Of a stretch of DNA of 64,000 bases, positions 59,689-64,000 are shown piece by piece. This DNA is from an uncultured Nitrospiraceae bacterium (GTDB lineage: Bacteria > Nitrospirota > Nitrospiria > Nitrospirales > Nitrospiraceae). The notes beneath the pieces were generated by a model. That model saw only the letters and a list, made by a program, of their open reading frames with translations, was not told where the DNA came from and did not search any database. How positions within the stretch are numbered: the first letter of the stretch is position 1; every line of letters begins with the position of its first letter. The stretch covers positions 1,664,001-1,728,000 of the forward strand of contig CAWJWJ010000002.1 of the NCBI GenBank assembly GCA_963846575.1, given 5' to 3'. Position numbers and translations under genes: made by a program.

Positions 59689-60822
59689 ATGCCGCACGAC
59701 TTTATGCCGGGCTTAGCCGGAGTTCCCGCCGCGAAATCAGCGATCAGTGATGTGGACGGCACGCGAGGCGTGCTCGAATACCGAGGCATCCGGGTTGAGG
59801 AATTGTGCCAGCAGTCCTCCTTTCTGGAAACCAGCTATCTGCTGCTGTTTGGACGGCTCCCGACGGAGTCCGAACTCCGCCGCTGGGTTCAAGACGTGAC
59901 CCATCATCGCCGGATCAAATTTCGCATTGTGGATCTCCTCAAGGCCCTGCCCGAACATGGTCATCCCATGGACGCCTTGCAGGCGGCCGTCGCCGCGCTG
60001 GGTATGTTTTATCCGGGACGCAATGTAAAAGACGTGGATAACAATTACTGGTCGGCGGTCCGACTCATCGCCAAGCTTCCGACCATCGTAGCAGCCTGGG
60101 CCCGTCTTCGGCGGGGAGACGAATATATTCCGCCACGGGATGACCTCTCGTTCGCCGATAATTTCCTCTACATGCTGAACGAGACGGTTCCGCATCCGCT
60201 CTGGAGCGAGGTGTTCGACGACTGTCTGATCCTCCACGCCGAACACACCATGAACGCATCGACGTTTGCCGGCATGGTCACGGCCTCAACCCTGGCTGAT
60301 CCCTACACCGTGGTGGCCTCATCGATCGGGGCGCTGAAGGGACCGTTGCACGGAGGGGCGAATGAGGAAGTCGTGACCATGCTCCGGAACATCGGCGCGC
60401 CGGCGCAAGCCCGGGCGGCCGTAGAGGCCAAACTGGCAAAAAATGAGAAGCTCATGGGATTCGGCCACCGGGTCTACAAGGTCAAAGATCCCAGGGCCAC
60501 CGTGCTACAGGAGCTCAGCATGCGGCTGTTCAATGTCTGTGGCACCTCGCCCCTCTACGAGGTGGCGGTGGCCGTGGAACAGCTGGCCAACGATCGTCTC
60601 CAGGGCAAGGGCATCTATCCGAACGTCGATTTTTACTCGGGTATTATCTACGACAAGATGGGTATCGAACTGGATCTGTTTACGCCGCTGTTCGCGATGG
60701 CGAGAGTGAGCGGATGGCTGGCGCATTGGCTGGAACAACTACAAGAGAATAAGCTGTACCGGCCCGACCAAATCTACTCGGGGGAACACAACCAATCCTA
60801 TGTACCGATCGACCGGCGCTAG
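59689..60822 (+). CDS. gltA: Citrate synthase (short type; methylcitrate synthase not excluded)
   Basis: LHAEHTMNAST, GPLHGGANE, GFGHRVYK..DPR, YPNVDFYSG. Confidence 0.92.
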   Translation: MPHDFMPGLAGVPAAKSAISDVDGTRGVLEYRGIRVEELCQQSSFLETSYLLLFGRLPTESELRRWVQDVTHHRRIKFRIVDLLKALPEHGHPMDALQAAVAALGMFYPGRNVKDVDNNYWSAVRLIAKLPTIVAAWARLRRGDEYIPPRDDLSFADNFLYMLNETVPHPLWSEVFDDCLILHAEHTMNASTFAGMVTASTLADPYTVVASSIGALKGPLHGGANEEVVTMLRNIGAPAQARAAVEAKLAKNEKLMGFGHRVYKVKDPRATVLQELSMRLFNVCGTSPLYEVAVAVEQLANDRLQGKGIYPNVDFYSGIIYDKMGIELDLFTPLFAMARVSGWLAHWLEQLQENKLYRPDQIYSGEHNQSYVPIDRR

Positions 60823-60823
60823 G

Positions 60824-60913
60824 CTATTCTGTCCGACCGACGAACCACCAGACGACGAGGGACGTCACAAACATAAACCCGCCGAGCACCGCATAGGATA
60901 CAAATTCCAACAT
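60824..60913 (-). CDS. Unannotated 29-aa single-TM peptide
   Basis: GGAGGGG RBS; MLEFVSYAVLGGFMFVTSLVVWWFVGRTE. Confidence 0.6.
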   Translation of the reverse strand: MLEFVSYAVLGGFMFVTSLVVWWFVGRTE

Positions 60914-61099
60914 AGATCTTCCCCTCCGGCAAAGGGGAATAATAAATAATGCCGAGCCCTCTAATGTCAAGGCCTTCCATCGATGTTCACCCCTTCCACT
61001 CGCCCTTGACTTCATCGCTGCCGAGCTTACCTCCTTACTAGTGAGTAGGGCATTACGTAGATGAACACTCTCAGCCTAGTTACACAAGGAGGTCCTGTT

Positions 61100-61555
61100 A
61101 TGACACTCGTGAAATGGGATCCGTTCAGGGAGTTGGAAGAAATGTCGGAGCGCTTGAACTGGATGTTTGCCAAACCGACGACTCATCCGACAGTGGGGCA
61201 GGGGAAGGAAGTCATGACCGTGGCCGACTGGACCCCCACCGTGGATATCACGGAAACGGAAGGCGAGTACGCCATTAAGGCGGAGCTACCGGAAGTCAGG
61301 AAAGAAGACGTCAAAATCACCGTCGAAGACGGAGTCCTGACACTCCAAGGCGAACGGAAGCAGGAAAAGGAAGAGACGGGAAGAAAGTACCACCGGATTG
61401 AGCGATCCTACGGCCGCTTCGTGCGCAGCTTCACGCTTCCCGACACGGTCGACGAGAGCAAGGTTCGGGCGGACTATGCCGAGGGGGTGCTGCATTTACA
61501 CCTCCCGAAATCCGAAAAAGCAAAGCCGAAGCAGATCGAAGTGAGGATTGCCTGA
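61100..61555 (+). CDS. Hsp20/alpha-crystallin small heat-shock protein
   Basis: WDPFRE, PTVDI.E, ERSYGRF.RSF.LP, GVL; AAGGAGG RBS. Confidence 0.95.
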   Translation: MTLVKWDPFRELEEMSERLNWMFAKPTTHPTVGQGKEVMTVADWTPTVDITETEGEYAIKAELPEVRKEDVKITVEDGVLTLQGERKQEKEETGRKYHRIERSYGRFVRSFTLPDTVDESKVRADYAEGVLHLHLPKSEKAKPKQIEVRIA

Positions 61556-61595
61556 CGGTGCTTCACTCTTGGCCGGCAGGGCCTATGCCTGAGAA

Positions 61596-61625
61596 CAGCG
61601 GCCCGACTCGGGGGCCGCTGTTTTT
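61596..61625 (+). terminator. Rho-independent terminator
   Basis: CAGCGGCCC-N7-GGGCCGCTG followed by T5. Confidence 0.85.
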
Positions 61626-61902
61626 CCATCAGCGACAGATCTCTCGTGAACAGTCCCGCCGTCACGCGCGACTGGCTTCGGTTCAAGGTCTTTCCCAACT
61701 GCGCACATTCCGTTCGTGAGAGTCGTGCCCCCCTCTCTTTCACCGTGCCTCCGGGTGAAACAACCCGACAATCCACCCGCATCGAATGATCTCGCGTAAT
61801 CTTTCGAACGTTCGGCAATGCTTGTGCTTCCCCAGCGTGACCGTTTATTATGCGCGGCTCCAGCACGTAAAACGCCTGTCAGCTTTTCGAGGAGACCCGA
61901 CG

Positions 61903-63378
61903 ATGAAGAAGCGCTCTCGCACGTCCCGTACCAGCCCGGCGACCAACGGCCGCGACAACTCCCTGGCGATCAGCACTCGTATGGAACGCGACACCATGGG
62001 AGAATTACCGGTTCCGTCCAACGCCTATTACGGTGTTCAGACGGCCCGCGCGATCGAAAATTTTCCTATCAGCGACCTGCGCGTCCCACGCGCGATGATC
62101 CGGGCTATGGGACTGATCAAAGGTGCCGCCGCCGATGTAAACTACTCGCTAAAACTCCTGGAGAAGAAACCGGCCGAGGCCATCAAGCGTGCCGCCACTG
62201 AGGTGGTCGAGGGGCGCCTCGATGCCGAATTCCCCGTTGATATTTTCCAAACCGGTTCCGGCACCTCGACCAACATGAATACGAACGAGGTCATTTCCAA
62301 TCGGGCGACTGAACTACTCGGCGGAGCGAGAGGAAGCAAACTGGTGCACCCGAACGATCACGTCAATCTTGGCCAATCAAGCAATGACGTGGTTCCCACC
62401 GCCATCCACATTGCCGCGTCAGAAGCGATTCAGCGCCAACTCATCCCAGCGCTCACGCGGCTTCATCAGGCACTCAAGGCAAAAGCCCGCGAGTTCGACA
62501 AAATCGTGAAGATAGGACGTACCCATCTGCAGGACGCAACGCCGGTACGGCTGGGGCAGGAATTCGGCGGTTATGCCAGGCAAATCGAGCTGGGCATCGC
62601 CCGTATGAAACGGGCTCAGGCAGCCCTGAGTGAAGTCGCGCTCGGTGGGACTGCAGTCGGCACCGGACTCAACTGCCATCCGAAATTTGCGACCAAGGTC
62701 CTGGCCATCATTGCCAAAGAAACCGGTTGCTCATTTCAAGAAGCGGTGAACCATTTCGAGGGACAGTCAGCGCAAGACTCCCTCGTTGAAGCCAGCGGAG
62801 AATTACGCACGTTGGCAGTGAGTCTCATGAAAATTGCAAACGACATCCGCTGGCTGGGATCCGGTCCACGCTGCGGGCTCGGTGAGATCAATCTTCCGGA
62901 GACACAACCGGGATCGTCCATCATGCCGGGAAAGGTCAATCCCGTCATTGCTGAATCCGTGACCATGGTGTGCGCCCAGGTCATCGGCAACGACGTCACG
63001 ATTACGGTCGGAGGGCAGGCCGCCAACTTTGAACTGATCGTCATGCTGCCGGTGATGGCCTATAACCTCTTACAGTCAATCGAACTATTAGCCGCTGCAT
63101 CCACGAACTTTGCGGCGAAATGTATCGACGGCATCAAGGCAAATGAGGAACGCTGCAGAAGCTTGATCGAACAAAGCCTCGCCATGTGCACGGCGCTGGC
63201 TCCGGTGATCGGTTATGAAGCTGCCGCCAAACTGGCAAAAGATGCCTATAAGTCGGGCAAGACCGTCAGGGAAGTGGCGCGCGAACAAAACGTCCTCCCG
63301 GAGAAGCGGCTCACCCAACTTCTGGATCCCTGGCGCATGACTCAGGCGGGGGGACCGGTCGGAAGCGCAGGGGGGTAG
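61903..63378 (+). CDS. fumC: Class II fumarate hydratase
   Basis: QTGSGTSTNMN, GRTHLQDATP, GSSIMPGKVNP. Confidence 0.95.
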   Translation: MKKRSRTSRTSPATNGRDNSLAISTRMERDTMGELPVPSNAYYGVQTARAIENFPISDLRVPRAMIRAMGLIKGAAADVNYSLKLLEKKPAEAIKRAATEVVEGRLDAEFPVDIFQTGSGTSTNMNTNEVISNRATELLGGARGSKLVHPNDHVNLGQSSNDVVPTAIHIAASEAIQRQLIPALTRLHQALKAKAREFDKIVKIGRTHLQDATPVRLGQEFGGYARQIELGIARMKRAQAALSEVALGGTAVGTGLNCHPKFATKVLAIIAKETGCSFQEAVNHFEGQSAQDSLVEASGELRTLAVSLMKIANDIRWLGSGPRCGLGEINLPETQPGSSIMPGKVNPVIAESVTMVCAQVIGNDVTITVGGQAANFELIVMLPVMAYNLLQSIELLAAASTNFAAKCIDGIKANEERCRSLIEQSLAMCTALAPVIGYEAAAKLAKDAYKSGKTVREVAREQNVLPEKRLTQLLDPWRMTQAGGPVGSAGG

Positions 63379-63530
63379 CGGCCCGGGCGCATTTGAGCGG
63401 ACCCAAAGTCATCCGCCCGGACGCTGTGTGTTTTGACAGTCCGAGGGCCCCTATGCTAACGTGCGCAAAATTTTTGATATGTATGCCGCCCGGCGGCGCA
63501 CCTTAAATGAGCTAGATTGAAGGAATGACG

Positions 63531-64000
63531 ATGAGTGGAACGGGTTCGAATCGAAGCGGGCATGTGATCATTGTGGTGGGAGCCGGTCCGGCCGGAATGG
63601 CGCTGGCGAAGAAGTTGTCGGATGCCGGCCACGAAGTCATCATTCTCAACCGTGACGTCAAGTTCGGCGGCTTGGCCGAATACGGCATTTTTCCCAGCAA
63701 ACTCAAGTTGCGCGGCGGATTGAAAAAGCAGTACTGGGAGATGCTGGAACAACCCAATGTGCATTACCTTGGGAATGTGTCGGTTGGTGAGGGGAAAGAC
63801 CTTACCGTTGAGGAGCTGCGCGGACTCGGCGCGAGTGCCATCGCATTTTCCATCGGCGCTCAGGGCACCAAAGCCATCGGTGTCGAGGGAGATTCCGCTC
63901 AAGGCGTATTCCATGCGAAGGATGTGGTGTACCACTTCAACCGGTTGCCGGGTTTCGGCGATCGCCCGTTCGACATGGGGAAACACGTCGCAATCATCGG
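63531..64000 (+). CDS. FAD-dependent oxidoreductase, ferredoxin-NADP+ reductase (FprA/adrenodoxin reductase-like); runs off the window
   Basis: Hand translation: VVGAGPAG...FGGLAEYGIFP...GNVSVG...VAIIG; missing from the ORF track because it has no stop in the window. Confidence 0.8.
   Translation, partial: MSGTGSNRSGHVIIVVGAGPAGMALAKKLSDAGHEVIILNRDVKFGGLAEYGIFPSKLKLRGGLKKQYWEMLEQPNVHYLGNVSVGEGKDLTVEELRGLGASAIAFSIGAQGTKAIGVEGDSAQGVFHAKDVVYHFNRLPGFGDRPFDMGKHVAII

Noticed and set aside
60824..60913. Resemblance of the 29-aa peptide to PetN or KdpF
   Set aside because: Only length and hydrophobicity are shared; no cognate complex genes nearby
60990..61099. CIRCE element or clear sigma32 promoter for hsp20
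   Set aside because: No TTAGCACTC-N9-GAGTGCTAA; CTTGAC is present but the -10 region is a poor match

Overview
Chromosomal window from a roughly 60% GC bacterium. Gene content and protein style suggest a Nitrospira-like organism (inference; no rRNA in the window). Layout: (1) 0.1-8.5 kb, a flagellin-linked glycosylation cluster (methyltransferase-GT2-GT2-TPR, two GT9 enzymes, a Maf-N/CgeB-like GT); (2) 8.7-24.8 kb, late flagellar and chemotaxis genes (fliC-flaG-fliD-fliS, PilZ, FlhG-like ATPase, small HTH, cheR-Y-Z-A-V-B-mcp-W, motAB); (3) 25-29 kb, DUF420 plus a STAS/STAS/REC-PP2C/Hpt/REC-kinase partner-switching module; (4) 29.4-36 kb, polysaccharide genes; (5) 37.6-47.8 kb, a phosphate-starvation island (sixA, ppx, internally deleted phoU, 20-codon pstB scar, psiE, orphan pstS, porin, atypical PhoB-type regulator, CBS protein); (6) 48-64 kb, housekeeping genes (Pal, YyaL-AKR fusion, frameshifted malic enzyme, rnd, citrate synthase, hsp20, fumC, FNR-like). 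The best observations read directly from the DNA are: five promoters sharing one geometry (4-5 hexamers at 11-bp pitch, 10 bp, -10 box) around a non-canonical regulator; six sigma28-type promoters, several in front of non-flagellar genes; CheA with a tandem MshEN (c-di-GMP-type) motif where P2 normally sits; a c-heme chemoreceptor; a secreted three-repeat KKGGH peptide; and three unannotated small ORFs. I found no tRNA, rRNA, CRISPR array or intact mobile element.
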